A stretch of 36,214 bases of DNA, taken from IMG/VR virus record IMGVR_UViG_3300021426_000046; one strand, 5' to 3'. Positions within the stretch are counted from its first letter, which is position 1. The number at the start of each line of letters is the position of its first letter. Made by a program: the position numbers and the translations under genes. The notes under the pieces were generated by a model. That model ran no database searches. It was given only the letters and a program-made list of their open reading frames with translations, and was not told the origin of the DNA. Shown here piece by piece: positions 1 to 8,893 of the stretch. The DNA comes from a virus.

Positions 1-127
1 CTTTCCGCGTCAACGGTAGTATCCACCGAAGTAACAAGAACACGGGATAGGTCAAAACCTACATCCACCGGGATTCTCTGCGATATAATTTGTCGTACGA
101 TATCGAATGTTTGCGTACCGGACCGCA
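1..127. repeat. Terminal direct repeat, left copy (identical to 36088-36214); circular-contig overlap
   Basis: Read directly. Both copies start ctttccgcgtcaacggtag and end gtaccggaccgca, with exact 127-nt identity. That length is typical of a k=127 assembly overlap. Confidence 0.9.
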
Positions 128-1424
128 ATAACACCCTCGCGGTATCGTTAAATAAACTCACAAGAACATTGACTGTTGCATCGTCATCAAACCACAAAGG
201 TTCGTTTGAAATTACAACATTCGAGAAGAACGTCCCCGCCCCGCCCGACTGCAAAAAAAACGTTGAAAATGCAACGCCGTTGTTGACGCTGGTCCCCGTC
301 AAAGAATAGATTAATTCACCGCCACCCGTATATACTTCTAAAACGCCATCAGACGCGTCGGATTTCATATGTAATAAAATGGTTTGTATTGAGTTCACCA
401 CGACTTTATTCGATAAATCTGCTTTTTTAGAGTCGCAGTTAAAGACTTCCATCGTGCCGTTGGTTAGCCCATTTACACCTGTATCCGTACCCGTCGAATA
501 ATCATACGCTCGCCAACGGTTTGAACTCCCTAAATATACGTCAAATTTCACCCACAGCTCGTATGAATCCGGAATATCAAATAACCGAATGCCGCGTGTT
601 GTTTGGTAGAACGCCACACCTGTCTTGCTTTGAGTGGCTGGTAAATCAGTCAGCTGTACAGCCGTAGATGTGTTAATTAATAACGATGTCTCACCGACAT
701 TTTCATACTTCCATCCGGAGCTACTGTGTATTTTACGAAGTGTGTCAACCCGCGTCGTAAGCACGTATGTCGAATAATACGACTGTGACGGAGGTGTGAA
801 ATTAGTAGTATATACCGCTAACCCGTCATACACTAAAAATTCATCGACAGAACCAACCATTTTTTGAGAGCCACCGTCATAAGCGCCGATAGTAAAGTAA
901 TAAGACTTTCTGTCGTATCGAGGGCAGTTTGAATAAAGCACCGCCTGCACGCCATTAACATACACTGCCAGCTTTTGGTCATTGTACTGGTAAACGATAG
1001 CGACATGAGCCAGATTTCCTACTCCTCCAATTTCCGTCGCGTCGTATTTACCCCCCGCCCCTGTTGGCGTGCTTCCTGAAGCTATATACACACGTAATCT
1101 GTCTGAATAAGAAGTGCTTTTTTCGACGTAAACTAGTGACCTTCCATTGGATAGAGTGACGTCAACAACCGCCTGTCCATTTGATGGTGACGAAATATTG
1201 CACCAGAATTCAATCGTGAAATCTTGCCCACCTAAATCTACAGCATTCGAATGTAAATAACTGTTCCCGTCCAGCTGTAAAGCGTGCCCGCTAACCGCAT
1301 TAACACTAGACGTCGTTGGTGTTCCCGTTACCGTCCACGCGTTATTAACAACGGCGTCAGTCGCCGCCGATGCGTCAAAGTTTAGCCATGATTTCAAACG
1401 TTCATCGAAAATCAAATTCTCCAC
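1..1424 (-). CDS. N-terminal 474 codons of a 1,035-aa tail fibre/host-recognition protein that wraps the junction (continues 36087 down to 34404); LamG/ConA-like lectin domain
   Basis: Hand translation of the minus frame is open from the TAA at 1449-1451 down to nt 1. GTG at 1424 follows AAGGGGAAGG (alternative TTG at 1415 or 1397). Residues read LQLDGNSYL..DFTIEFW..HVAIVYQYNDQKLAVYVNG..GSVDEFLVYDG..NFTPP, a LamG_3-like signature. It is absent from the ORF track because it has no stop inside the window. Confidence 0.8.
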   Translation of the reverse strand, partial: MENLIFDERLKSWLNFDASAATDAVVNNAWTVTGTPTTSSVNAVSGHALQLDGNSYLHSNAVDLGGQDFTIEFWCNISSPSNGQAVVDVTLSNGRSLVYVEKSTSYSDRLRVYIASGSTPTGAGGKYDATEIGGVGNLAHVAIVYQYNDQKLAVYVNGVQAVLYSNCPRYDRKSYYFTIGAYDGGSQKMVGSVDEFLVYDGLAVYTTNFTPPSQSYYSTYVLTTRVDTLRKIHSSSGWKYENVGETSLLINTSTAVQLTDLPATQSKTGVAFYQTTRGIRLFDIPDSYELWVKFDVYLGSSNRWRAYDYSTGTDTGVNGLTNGTMEVFNCDSKKADLSNKVVVNSIQTILLHMKSDASDGVLEVYTGGGELIYSLTGTSVNNGVAFSTFFLQSGGAGTFFSNVVISNEPLWFDDDATVNVLVSLFNDTARVLLRSGTQTFDIVRQIISQRIPVDVGFDLSRVLVTSVDTTVDAE

Positions 1425-1453
1425 CCGCCTTCCCCTTGCTACGGGGTCTTAAA

Positions 1454-1849
1454 TCATGCTGTCGTAATAGTCGTTTGCACCTGCAACGAAACGCTCCGGT
1501 CCGTGGACGGAGTTTCTGTGTCTACACTAGACGCTTTCGCGTAAAAGACCGTATTGGCGTTCGTAATAGCGTTGCTGATTGTAATGCTATCCGTGAATGT
1601 GCCGTTTTCCGTCAAACACAATTTCCAACGGTCATTCGTATCACCGACATCGGAAATGACGGTATCTCCTACAGTGGCATAGCCTGCTTCTGTTCTGACC
1701 GCCAGTTTTACCGTCTTACTTTCGTTGATAGTCGCGTTCAGCGAAACGGTTAATGGATTAGTGTATGTACCATCTGTTGAAATTGCCGTTCCGTCCGTAC
1801 CGCCTGCCGTGGGATTGTTCTTATAAAGATTGATATATGCGTTTGCCAT
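1454..1849 (-). CDS. Hypothetical tail-tip associated protein (131 aa, Thr/Asn-rich)
   Basis: ATG at 1849 is preceded by GGAGG plus an 8-nt spacer; the track start at 1864 is TTG inside that RBS. It is adjacent to the stop of the upstream gene and sits between the tape measure and tail fibre genes. Confidence 0.6.
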   Translation of the reverse strand: MANAYINLYKNNPTAGGTDGTAISTDGTYTNPLTVSLNATINESKTVKLAVRTEAGYATVGDTVISDVGDTNDRWKLCLTENGTFTDSITISNAITNANTVFYAKASSVDTETPSTDRSVSLQVQTTITTA

Positions 1850-1851
1850 TT

Positions 1852-2187
1852 TCAGCACCTCCAAATTTCAAAATCCAGCATAACATAATCAGGGAACCGG
1901 GGTTCGTACTTATATGAGCGAATAACCATTCGACAATTCTGCCATACTTCCCCCGAATCATCCGTAAAAGTAACTCTTTGCCGTGCTCTCCACAATGCGA
2001 GAATCGAATTGAAATTTGTTTTGGAAAATAGGCAGGAGACCACAAAAGAGTCCCCGTTTTCTATGTGCCCATAGTCCTGAACCGTATTCCCGTTAATCAA
2101 CGGGATTTTTTCAATACGATCATCTATATTGATGGTAAGACTTTCCGGAGAGCGATAGCTTTCGATATCATTTATTTTTATCTTCAT
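1852..2187 (-). CDS. Minor tail protein (111 aa) immediately after the tape measure
   Basis: RBS AGGAGGG plus 5 nt, then ATG. The position matches the distal-tail or gpM-like slot of siphoviruses. No motif recognised. Confidence 0.6.
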   Translation of the reverse strand: MKIKINDIESYRSPESLTINIDDRIEKIPLINGNTVQDYGHIENGDSFVVSCLFSKTNFNSILALWRARQRVTFTDDSGEVWQNCRMVIRSYKYEPRFPDYVMLDFEIWRC

Positions 2188-2197
2188 AGCTGCCCTC

Positions 2198-4960
2198 CTA
2201 GTTTCCGAAACCGGTATTTATTCGACTGGTAGCTTCATTGACTGCACTGGTTACGGCGTTCGCGACATTGTTTGTAATGTCGTCCGTCAACCGTTGTTTC
2301 ATCGCATTGTCGAAAACATAAGCACCGCCGAGATTAACATTTATCGACGGGCTGACATTTATCTCCGGTGCACTTTGACTCCTTTGCTCAATGGCCCCGA
2401 GTATTGCTGACAAGTTTGTATTGACCTCCGGAACCTGGCTGTTAATCTGCCCGAGGATATCAATAGTCTGTTCATTATTTTGTGCCAATACATTTGATAA
2501 TTCGGAAATCCCGTTTGCGGTGCCATCTGAGATTAGACCGGAGCCCCAATTATTGGCTTCCTTCATGGCTTTTTGAAATCCCATGATTTCCGCCATACTG
2601 GTTCTTTCGTTCGGACTGACACCAGCTTCCGCCATCATGGCCCGCTGAATCGCCCGGATAGCATTCTTCTGCCTATCCCCTTGTGACTGAGTGAAGTCAT
2701 AGAACCCGCTCCCGTCAGCCGAGATATTCCCGGCCATCGCATTGCGGTACAATGCGAGATACTTCTTTTGACTGGTAAACATACTCTTGACACTATCATT
2801 CACAGCCTGTTTTTTCTGTTGTTCGGCGGCTCTCGTTGCTGTGACTTCGTCCATACCCTTCTTTATCCAGGCTTTGCGTTCCCGTTCAATCTGCCGGAGC
2901 CGTTGAGTCAAAGAATCCTCATAAACACTATCGAGATATTGTGCCGTTTCCCGTGCACTGTCCTCGATAACCTTTTGCCTCTTTAACTCGGCCTCCCGGG
3001 CAACCCTTGCAGGGTCTGCACCTTTTTTCAGAGTGTCTTCCGCAGAATACTCTATATCCTTTAGACTATTTTCATAGTCGCTATGGGATAACCTGTAAAT
3101 GCTACGGTCAAGAGCTTTGTTGGCTTCCCGGGCTTCCTTTGCGGCGTCCTTCATGGCCTTTTTGATATCATCAGCGACAGCCACCCATGCGGCGGCTTCG
3201 GTCTTTCCCTGTCTTACAGATTCATCAACTTTGTCCTTAATGGCTTCAAGCTGTTCTTTCAGTTTTTGGCTAGTTGCTTTGGCAAGCTGGTCCTGTAATT
3301 CAGTTTTGACCTGCGTCGCTTCTTTTTCCATCTTTACGGATTCGGCGATGCTCCGGTTTTCTTCTTCGCGCTCTTTTCTGCGTTCCTCGTTGAACTTTTT
3401 GAAACTCTCCTGTTCCTCTTTCAAAAGTTGCTGACGCATTTTTATGGCTTCGAATTCATCACTACCGACTGCCCATTTACCGATTCGGCCGAGAATTTCG
3501 TCTGCGGCACTGCCCGAAGCGTAGGCACCTCCGACTGCACCCTTCCACCCGAACCGGGAACCGCCCGCGATACCTCCTGCTAGAGCGGCGGAACCATCAA
3601 CCAGAGGACGCAGGATTTGTGTACCCGTTGGATTTATCTTTTTCAGGACTTCCCAATCCTCGGCAGACGCCCCGACCTTATCAATGCCCTCTTTCACTTT
3701 TCCCAGTAGGGAAACCACTTCGACAAGAGCCGTGGCTATTCCACCAATCGCGTTTCCAGCTACGGAGCCAAACTCTTTGATACTGCTCTGATTCTCTTTT
3801 ATCAGCTGAGCGAATTCAGAAAACCCCCTCGTAATTTCCGGCATCATTTCCCGGGCTATTGGCATCATTGCCTGACCGACTGCCCCTGTAAGCTGGCCTG
3901 CCTGCATCTGCATAGCCTGCCACTCGATATAGAGCTCATGGGCTTCTTTCGGATTCAGCAAACCCGTGGTCTTTATCCGGGAGACTATCTCCATATTAGT
4001 GGCATAGTCCTGCAGAAGTGGGACGAGAGCTGCGCCTTTCGCGCCCAGAGCCTGCGTCACAAATTCCGTCTCACGACCTGCCTTGACTGCAGCCTGATAG
4101 CCTTTGGCCAACTGCGCCAATTGTTGCTGATAGGATAGCAGGTTTCCTTTATCGTCTGTGAGCGTAAATCCAAATTCAGTCATCGCCTGTGACAACGAGT
4201 TTTGAGTTTTGGCTGCAGACAAAGCCTGCTTATCAAGTCTCGCGAACAATGGAATAACCGAGTTAATATCCGTGCCAGATAACTGGAAGACTTTCGATAG
4301 CTGCGATGCCTCTGCCGTCGTTGTATGGAGTCTGGTCGAAAGCTTATATAAGTCATTGCCAGCTTTCATCGCCTTATCTGTCAGCGCGAATAATCCTGCA
4401 CCTGCCGTTATCCCTGCGACAACACCAGTGATAGCAGTATTGAGCTTTCCGATAGCACCAACAGTACCAGTGACCTTGCCTGTAACGGTGTTAAAGCCAT
4501 TGGCCAGCGTTCCGAGTGCCGATGTCGATGCCGTGCCAGTTTTGGCCAGTTCTCCATTGACTGCACCTATCTGCGCCTTGAGCCGTTCTATATCCCTCAA
4601 CTGATAAAGGCGTTTGGTATCCACTCCTCTGGTCAGCGAATGGTCTGTCCCATAAGTTTTGGCATTGGCTTGGTAAGCCCGATTCAATATTTCCAGCTTT
4701 TTCTGCTGCACCGCCAATTCATCATTGAGTGCTTTTTCACGAGCCTTCAATGCCTCCACGGACTTTCCTGCTGCTTCCAAGCGGGTCACATCAATATCCG
4801 CCTTGAGTCTTATCTGATTAGCTTCACTATTAAGCCTGGACATAGCCTGCCGGACAGTCTGCCCGGCCGTCTGAAAGCCCATCTCCAAGTCTGCAACATT
4901 GAGCCCCAGGGACAGGTAGAGGGAATCCACCTCCTGCCCCATCGCGTCCTTTTTAGCCAT
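2198..4960 (-). CDS. Tail tape measure protein (920 aa)
   Basis: Large size, Ala/Gly/Gln-rich helical and coiled-coil composition, and a hydrophobic Gly-rich central segment. It lies directly after the G/GT chaperone pair. RBS GTGAGGTGAGGGC then ATG. Confidence 0.9.
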   Translation of the reverse strand: MAKKDAMGQEVDSLYLSLGLNVADLEMGFQTAGQTVRQAMSRLNSEANQIRLKADIDVTRLEAAGKSVEALKAREKALNDELAVQQKKLEILNRAYQANAKTYGTDHSLTRGVDTKRLYQLRDIERLKAQIGAVNGELAKTGTASTSALGTLANGFNTVTGKVTGTVGAIGKLNTAITGVVAGITAGAGLFALTDKAMKAGNDLYKLSTRLHTTTAEASQLSKVFQLSGTDINSVIPLFARLDKQALSAAKTQNSLSQAMTEFGFTLTDDKGNLLSYQQQLAQLAKGYQAAVKAGRETEFVTQALGAKGAALVPLLQDYATNMEIVSRIKTTGLLNPKEAHELYIEWQAMQMQAGQLTGAVGQAMMPIAREMMPEITRGFSEFAQLIKENQSSIKEFGSVAGNAIGGIATALVEVVSLLGKVKEGIDKVGASAEDWEVLKKINPTGTQILRPLVDGSAALAGGIAGGSRFGWKGAVGGAYASGSAADEILGRIGKWAVGSDEFEAIKMRQQLLKEEQESFKKFNEERRKEREEENRSIAESVKMEKEATQVKTELQDQLAKATSQKLKEQLEAIKDKVDESVRQGKTEAAAWVAVADDIKKAMKDAAKEAREANKALDRSIYRLSHSDYENSLKDIEYSAEDTLKKGADPARVAREAELKRQKVIEDSARETAQYLDSVYEDSLTQRLRQIERERKAWIKKGMDEVTATRAAEQQKKQAVNDSVKSMFTSQKKYLALYRNAMAGNISADGSGFYDFTQSQGDRQKNAIRAIQRAMMAEAGVSPNERTSMAEIMGFQKAMKEANNWGSGLISDGTANGISELSNVLAQNNEQTIDILGQINSQVPEVNTNLSAILGAIEQRSQSAPEINVSPSINVNLGGAYVFDNAMKQRLTDDITNNVANAVTSAVNEATSRINTGFGN

Positions 4961-4969
4961 GCCCTCACC

Positions 4970-5173
4970 TCACAGAATATCGTCTATATACGCTTCATCT
5001 TTGCCAGCCTCTATGCGCTCAAGGACGCAAAGCTGATCCAGCAGAAAGCCCATATCGGTTTCATCTATCTCCCGTACTGTCCAGCCGTATGCTTCCTGAT
5101 ACCTGGCATAGAGCCGGAGCATTTGCTCATACGGAGAAAGGTCTATTACCCTTCCTCCGCTTCGGCGTTTGGG
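4970..5173 (-). CDS. -1 frame extension (gpT-like) of the tail assembly chaperone, expressed as a G-T fusion
   Basis: The -1 frame is open from the heptamer C CCA AAC (plus gtttggg, 5167-5173) to the TGA at 4970-4972. It reads PKRRSGGRVIDLSPYEQMLRLYARYQEAYGWTVREIDE...DDIL. It fills the otherwise unassigned gap before the tape measure start. Confidence 0.7.
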   Translation of the reverse strand, partial: PKRRSGGRVIDLSPYEQMLRLYARYQEAYGWTVREIDETDMGFLLDQLCVLERIEAGKDEAYIDDIL

Positions 5174-5460
5174 AGCTTCTTCAATTTCTCATTTGCCACG
5201 CCGATAACATAGCCCGCCGCCTCCATATACATGGGCAGCACATCGGCAGGGTCCATATCATCAGCAGATTCCAGACCGAACATCTCTGCAATCACGGCAG
5301 CGTGCTCTGTCATGAGCTTGGATATAGTCCAGTCAGTTTTGTCCAGCTCATCATATTCCGCCACCCGGCGCCACATTTTCATATTTGGCCTGGGCAGAGT
5401 TACTTCTCTACCATCAATCAGAGTAATACTGGGAATTGCCATTTCTTTATTCATTGCCAT
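5146..5460 (-). CDS. Tail assembly chaperone (gpG-like)
   Basis: Acidic ~104-aa protein between the major tail and tape measure genes. RBS GAGGTG plus 6 nt, then ATG at 5460. A slippery heptamer lies near its 3' end. Confidence 0.8.
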   Translation of the reverse strand: MAMNKEMAIPSITLIDGREVTLPRPNMKMWRRVAEYDELDKTDWTISKLMTEHAAVIAEMFGLESADDMDPADVLPMYMEAAGYVIGVANEKLKKLPNAEAEEG

Positions 5461-5515
5461 ATCATTCACCTCAAAAAAACAGCGGCAGGTATTCTCACCC
5501 TGCCGCCAAACATTA

Positions 5516-6073
5516 TCAAGACGGCTCTACTGCCGAATACCATCCTGCAATCAAAGTCGCGCTTTCCGTGTTGTCGCTATCTGCGACACGCTTCCAAGCA
5601 CCATCGTACTCTCTGGCCACAAAGCGACCTTCCAGCTTGGGCGTGGTGTAGGTGACCGACTCGCCCTTGGTCTGCATGGTCTCCTGAGTAGGAGCAAACT
5701 TGCCTTTCAGGAGCTTCACATAGCGGGTATTCCCATTATGCTTCTTGGCCTCGAACAGAAGCGCCACATAAGGTGCCGTATCAGATGCCTTGGCCTCCAG
5801 CTGCTTGGTGGTGGAATTCACCGTATGGCCCAGCAAAGCCGCCTGATCCTCCAGCGTCAGGTCGCAGGATTCTATCGTCACGGTGATTTCCGACATGGAA
5901 GAATCTGCAGCAAAAGGCGCATCATCGCCATAGAGCGTGGCGAAATTCACGCTCGGGTTAATATCCACACTGACGGCCCCCGCAATCTTCACAGGCGTGC
6001 CATAAGTGGCGCCGCTGGAAGTGTCGCTGGACAGGGCTGCATAATACAAATTCTTGAGACCTACTGTTGCCAC
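5516..6073 (-). CDS. Major tail protein (phi13-like family)
   Basis: 185 aa. The N-terminus MATVGLKNLYYAAL..GATYGTPVKIAGAVSVDINP resembles phi13-type major tail proteins. GTG start. Synteny supports the call. Confidence 0.85.
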   Translation of the reverse strand: MATVGLKNLYYAALSSDTSSGATYGTPVKIAGAVSVDINPSVNFATLYGDDAPFAADSSMSEITVTIESCDLTLEDQAALLGHTVNSTTKQLEAKASDTAPYVALLFEAKKHNGNTRYVKLLKGKFAPTQETMQTKGESVTYTTPKLEGRFVAREYDGAWKRVADSDNTESATLIAGWYSAVEPS

Positions 6074-6447
6074 GTTGAATCAACTCCTATCCTGTAATCT
6101 ACAATTAATGTTTTTTCACCATTTTCCATATAAGGAATGGCCTGAACTCTAAAAAAGCCCAGTCCCTCCATAATCCGATGAACTTGCCGATAGATACCAC
6201 CATACTGACCATCCAGCGTGGTGATATGAATTCTGACTGTCACTCGATGACTGATTTCCCCATCATCTCCAGCTAATGCCGGAACATCGGAAATGGGGGT
6301 ATAAACCAGAAATGGGCAACGGTCTTCTTTATCCCCTGGGGCCTGTAAATGGTATACGGATTTCGCTCCCTTAGCCAGCAATGCAACCAAGGCTGAATCA
6401 TTGGTCAACGCCGTATAAACTTGTGCTTCAAGTTCAATAGTCTCCAC
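6061..6447 (-). CDS. Tail completion / neck protein (DUF3168-like)
   Basis: 128 aa in the slot between the HK97 gp10-like protein and the major tail protein. The family call is from memory of typical sequences. Confidence 0.65.
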   Translation of the reverse strand: METIELEAQVYTALTNDSALVALLAKGAKSVYHLQAPGDKEDRCPFLVYTPISDVPALAGDDGEISHRVTVRIHITTLDGQYGGIYRQVHRIMEGLGFFRVQAIPYMENGEKTLIVDYRIGVDSTWQQ

Positions 6448-6448
6448 G

Positions 6449-6907
6449 TTACCTCCCCCTTGCTATTGCCTGCCGAATAGCATCCGATACGCTTCTTATC
6501 ACCATTTCCCTATTTGCCTCCAACGCCGGATACAAGAACGGCCGATTCACCCGCGGGGAGAATTCCACAATCTGGCCATAGAGGAAACCATCTTTAGATT
6601 TTGCATCAGCGCTGATTTTGTAGGCTGTTCCCTTGCTGTTCGGTTCTGCCTTGATGGAGTCGCGCAATGCTCCCGGATTCACTCCGGCTGCCATATAGGT
6701 CCTGCCATTTTTCTTGTGTCCCGCATAAACAGGGCACCGGCTTTTGGCATCCCGGACAACAGCCTCAACCGCCTGGCCTAAAGCCGTCTTTGCCGCTTCA
6801 AGAACATGATTCCCCAGTTCCTTAAGCACTTGCTCGGTCTTGGCGGTGCTCACATGCCCACGGGAAAAGCTTTTATCACGATAATGATTTTTACGTTGCC
6901 GCCCCAT
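6449..6907 (-). CDS. HK97 gp10-family head-tail protein
   Basis: ATG at 6907 after CAGGAGGTG. The sequence ...RCPVYAGHKKNG..GALRDSI..GQIVEFSPRVNRPFLYPAL is typical of the gp10 family. The track ORF start at 6964 overlaps the upstream gene. Confidence 0.8.
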   Translation of the reverse strand: MGRQRKNHYRDKSFSRGHVSTAKTEQVLKELGNHVLEAAKTALGQAVEAVVRDAKSRCPVYAGHKKNGRTYMAAGVNPGALRDSIKAEPNSKGTAYKISADAKSKDGFLYGQIVEFSPRVNRPFLYPALEANREMVIRSVSDAIRQAIARGR

Positions 6908-7259
6908 CAGCCAACACCTCCTGACACTCCAGCACCGTCCATGTACGGGCAGATTCTGCATCATAGGCGGGTTTTATCATACGCAGCCTCTTGCCGCGCC
7001 ATAGGACTTCATCATCTGGAAGAATATCGGTGCGGTAACGGACAATCACCCGGTAGTCCACCTGGTTCATTCGCTCCACGCCGCCCTCCTGAATACGTGC
7101 CCCATAAGGATAAACCTTGGCCCATACCATGCAGCGGACTTCATCTTCACCGTCTACAATGTTGCCGCAGGAATCCCGCGTCCTGGCATGATAGACAATG
7201 CTGATTCGTTCCGTGAGGTCATCCATGGTCGTTCTCATCAGAGTACCTTTCATTCTCAT
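6891..7259 (-). CDS. Head closure / head-tail adaptor (SPP1 gp16-like)
   Basis: Motif-level resemblance (ISIVYH..DSCGN..W..VY..RY..I.....V.W.GK.L.I) plus synteny. The start forms an ATGA overlap with the upstream stop. Confidence 0.75.
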   Translation of the reverse strand: MRMKGTLMRTTMDDLTERISIVYHARTRDSCGNIVDGEDEVRCMVWAKVYPYGARIQEGGVERMNQVDYRVIVRYRTDILPDDEVLWRGKRLRMIKPAYDAESARTWTVLECQEVLADGAAT

Positions 7260-7594
7260 GGATCTCCCTCCGTTTCCTCAGCGGATTCATCTTCCGCATA
7301 ATAAGCGCCACCCATAGCTATTTGACTGGTCAACTGCGTTACGGCAAAAGGCACCTCGACCACCGCCGTAGCAAGTGGCTGCCTGCACTCATACCAATGA
7401 GCCACCAGCATCTTCACCGCCTGCTGGAAGAGCATATCCCCAGCAATATCCACATATTCGCCAGCTTCCAACACGTAATTCTTACCGGTCTCCCGGCGAA
7501 TCAGGAGTTCGGCGGCATCGATGTAACTTTGAAGCAGTTCATCCTCCTCATTCCCGTCAATGCGCAGATGCTGCTTTAACAAGGTCATATCCAT
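7256..7594 (-). CDS. Head-tail connector (gp6-like / QLRG DNA-packaging family)
   Basis: LLKQHLRIDGNEEDELLQSYIDAAE is a classic gp6-like N-terminus. RBS AAGGAGG plus 8 nt, then ATG at 7594. Confidence 0.8.
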   Translation of the reverse strand: MDMTLLKQHLRIDGNEEDELLQSYIDAAELLIRRETGKNYVLEAGEYVDIAGDMLFQQAVKMLVAHWYECRQPLATAVVEVPFAVTQLTSQIAMGGAYYAEDESAEETEGDP

Positions 7595-7612
7595 CACTGC
7601 CGCCTCCTTTCC

Positions 7613-8893
7613 TTAAGATGCTGCTTCTTCAATGAGAACAAAAGCCTTGGTGGTGAGCAAATCGCCGTCAAGAATAGCATAGCCCATATAATCCGTGCTG
7701 CGGGCCAGCGTATGTTCTTCGGTGTAGATGGACACATCCTGATTGCGGTTCATCACATAGGCGCGACGCACGTTGCCGATCAGGAAGGAGCCTGTCGGAA
7801 TTGCATCTTCTTCCACAACTTCCCGGCCAAAGAGACGGCCAATGGTCTGTCCCGTGGGGTCAGGAATAAAGATGGGCTGTTTCTGCGTGGTGGTGATGTT
7901 GGCCAGCTGATTCCAGATATCGGAGTTCTTGGCGTAAATCTTCACACCGTCCATATAGCCGGACTTGATTTTGCCCAGAGCCGCCGTGATATTGGCATAA
8001 GCCACACTACCACCATGCGTATAGGTCACTACCTGCGGGGTGTTGGTTTCACCCTTCAGGCGGGTGATGATGCCATAAGGCTGTGCCTTGAAGGTGTCAC
8101 CCACGCCCGGAATGCCCTGACCGCTGACAATGGCGTTGGCGATGGCAGCGCCCATGCGTTCCGCAATCTTGGTCGTGATGTAGGTCAGGAAAGCGTCAAT
8201 GCTCATGGTCTTGAGCTTCCAGGACACCGTGATGGCCTTGACCAGTTCATGGCCAGCCAGCGTTATATTACTGAGGCTCAGCGTTCCGCTGGTAGCTGCA
8301 GTGTCTTCATCCACCCATGCCGCATCGCCACTGTTGCCGGTTTCTTTGGGGATTTCCAGATTGCCCGGTACATCGGTGAAATCTACTTCGCCAATGATGG
8401 GGTGAAGCTCAGCCATTTCCTGCCAAATTTCCTGCTTCATGGTGGTCGGGATAACCACCTGATTGTCGGACGCTTTGTTAGCCACCGTAGCAAAAGCATC
8501 CTGATTGACTTGGGCGAAAGCATCCTGATTGACTTGGGCGAAAATTTCACTTTCGTCAGTGGTCAATGCCCGCTGCATCAAGGTCTTGGCAAAAGCCGTG
8601 CGGTACATGTCCTCACGTGCCTTTGCGTTTTCAACCATGGGCGCTACCGAAATAGCAGGGCCAGTTGCTGCAGCAATAGCCTGCGGGGCCACCGGTGCAG
8701 CCGGCTTGGCCACGCCATCTTTCAATGCCGTCAGATTGGCTGCTTCTGCCTGAGCTTCTTCATAGGCCGCATCCAGTTCCTCGATTTCTTTGCGAGCCGC
8801 TTTGGCCTCATCCACCTTGCCATTATCCAATGCAGCATTGGCCTTGGCCATAAGCTCATCTCTCTGGGCTTTATAATCTTCGTAACGCATCAT
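7613..8893 (-). CDS. Major capsid protein, HK97 fold, with N-terminal coiled-coil delta/scaffold region
   Basis: 426 aa following a ClpP-like prohead protease. Coiled-coil N-terminus and a typical C-terminal region (..GREVVEEDAIP..YVMNRNQDVSIY..). Confidence 0.9.
   Translation of the reverse strand: MMRYEDYKAQRDELMAKANAALDNGKVDEAKAARKEIEELDAAYEEAQAEAANLTALKDGVAKPAAPVAPQAIAAATGPAISVAPMVENAKAREDMYRTAFAKTLMQRALTTDESEIFAQVNQDAFAQVNQDAFATVANKASDNQVVIPTTMKQEIWQEMAELHPIIGEVDFTDVPGNLEIPKETGNSGDAAWVDEDTAATSGTLSLSNITLAGHELVKAITVSWKLKTMSIDAFLTYITTKIAERMGAAIANAIVSGQGIPGVGDTFKAQPYGIITRLKGETNTPQVVTYTHGGSVAYANITAALGKIKSGYMDGVKIYAKNSDIWNQLANITTTQKQPIFIPDPTGQTIGRLFGREVVEEDAIPTGSFLIGNVRRAYVMNRNQDVSIYTEEHTLARSTDYMGYAILDGDLLTTKAFVLIEEAAS
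8493..8540. repeat. Perfect 2 x 24-bp tandem duplication inside the capsid gene
   Basis: aaagcatcctgattgacttgggcg occurs at 8493-8516 and again at 8517-8540. It is in frame and encodes AQVNQDAF twice. Confidence 0.9.

Noticed and set aside
1-127. The 127-nt terminal repeat could be a biological direct terminal repeat or LTR.
   Set aside because: The exact length of 127, perfect identity and an uninterrupted reading frame through the junction fit an assembler overlap of a circular molecule better. This cannot be fully excluded without reads.
1-1424. A diversity-generating retroelement, suspected because of the lectin-type tail fibre domain.
   Set aside because: I found no reverse transcriptase ORF and no template/variable repeat pair with adenine-specific differences anywhere in the window.
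2391-5655. Many plus-strand ORFs of 60-190 aa lie inside the tape measure and chaperone region (for example 4640..5212 and 5089..5655). Similar ones lie inside the capsid (7712..8977), portal/terminase (10409..12031), parA/parB (19969..21135) and int (30010..30516).
   Set aside because: They are antisense to long, well-supported genes, lack RBSs and have low-complexity or Cys/His/Arg-rich composition typical of shadow ORFs.
8493-8540. A CRISPR-like or minisatellite array.
   Set aside because: Only two adjacent copies with no spacers, and it is in frame within the capsid gene. No other regularly spaced repeats were seen in the window.
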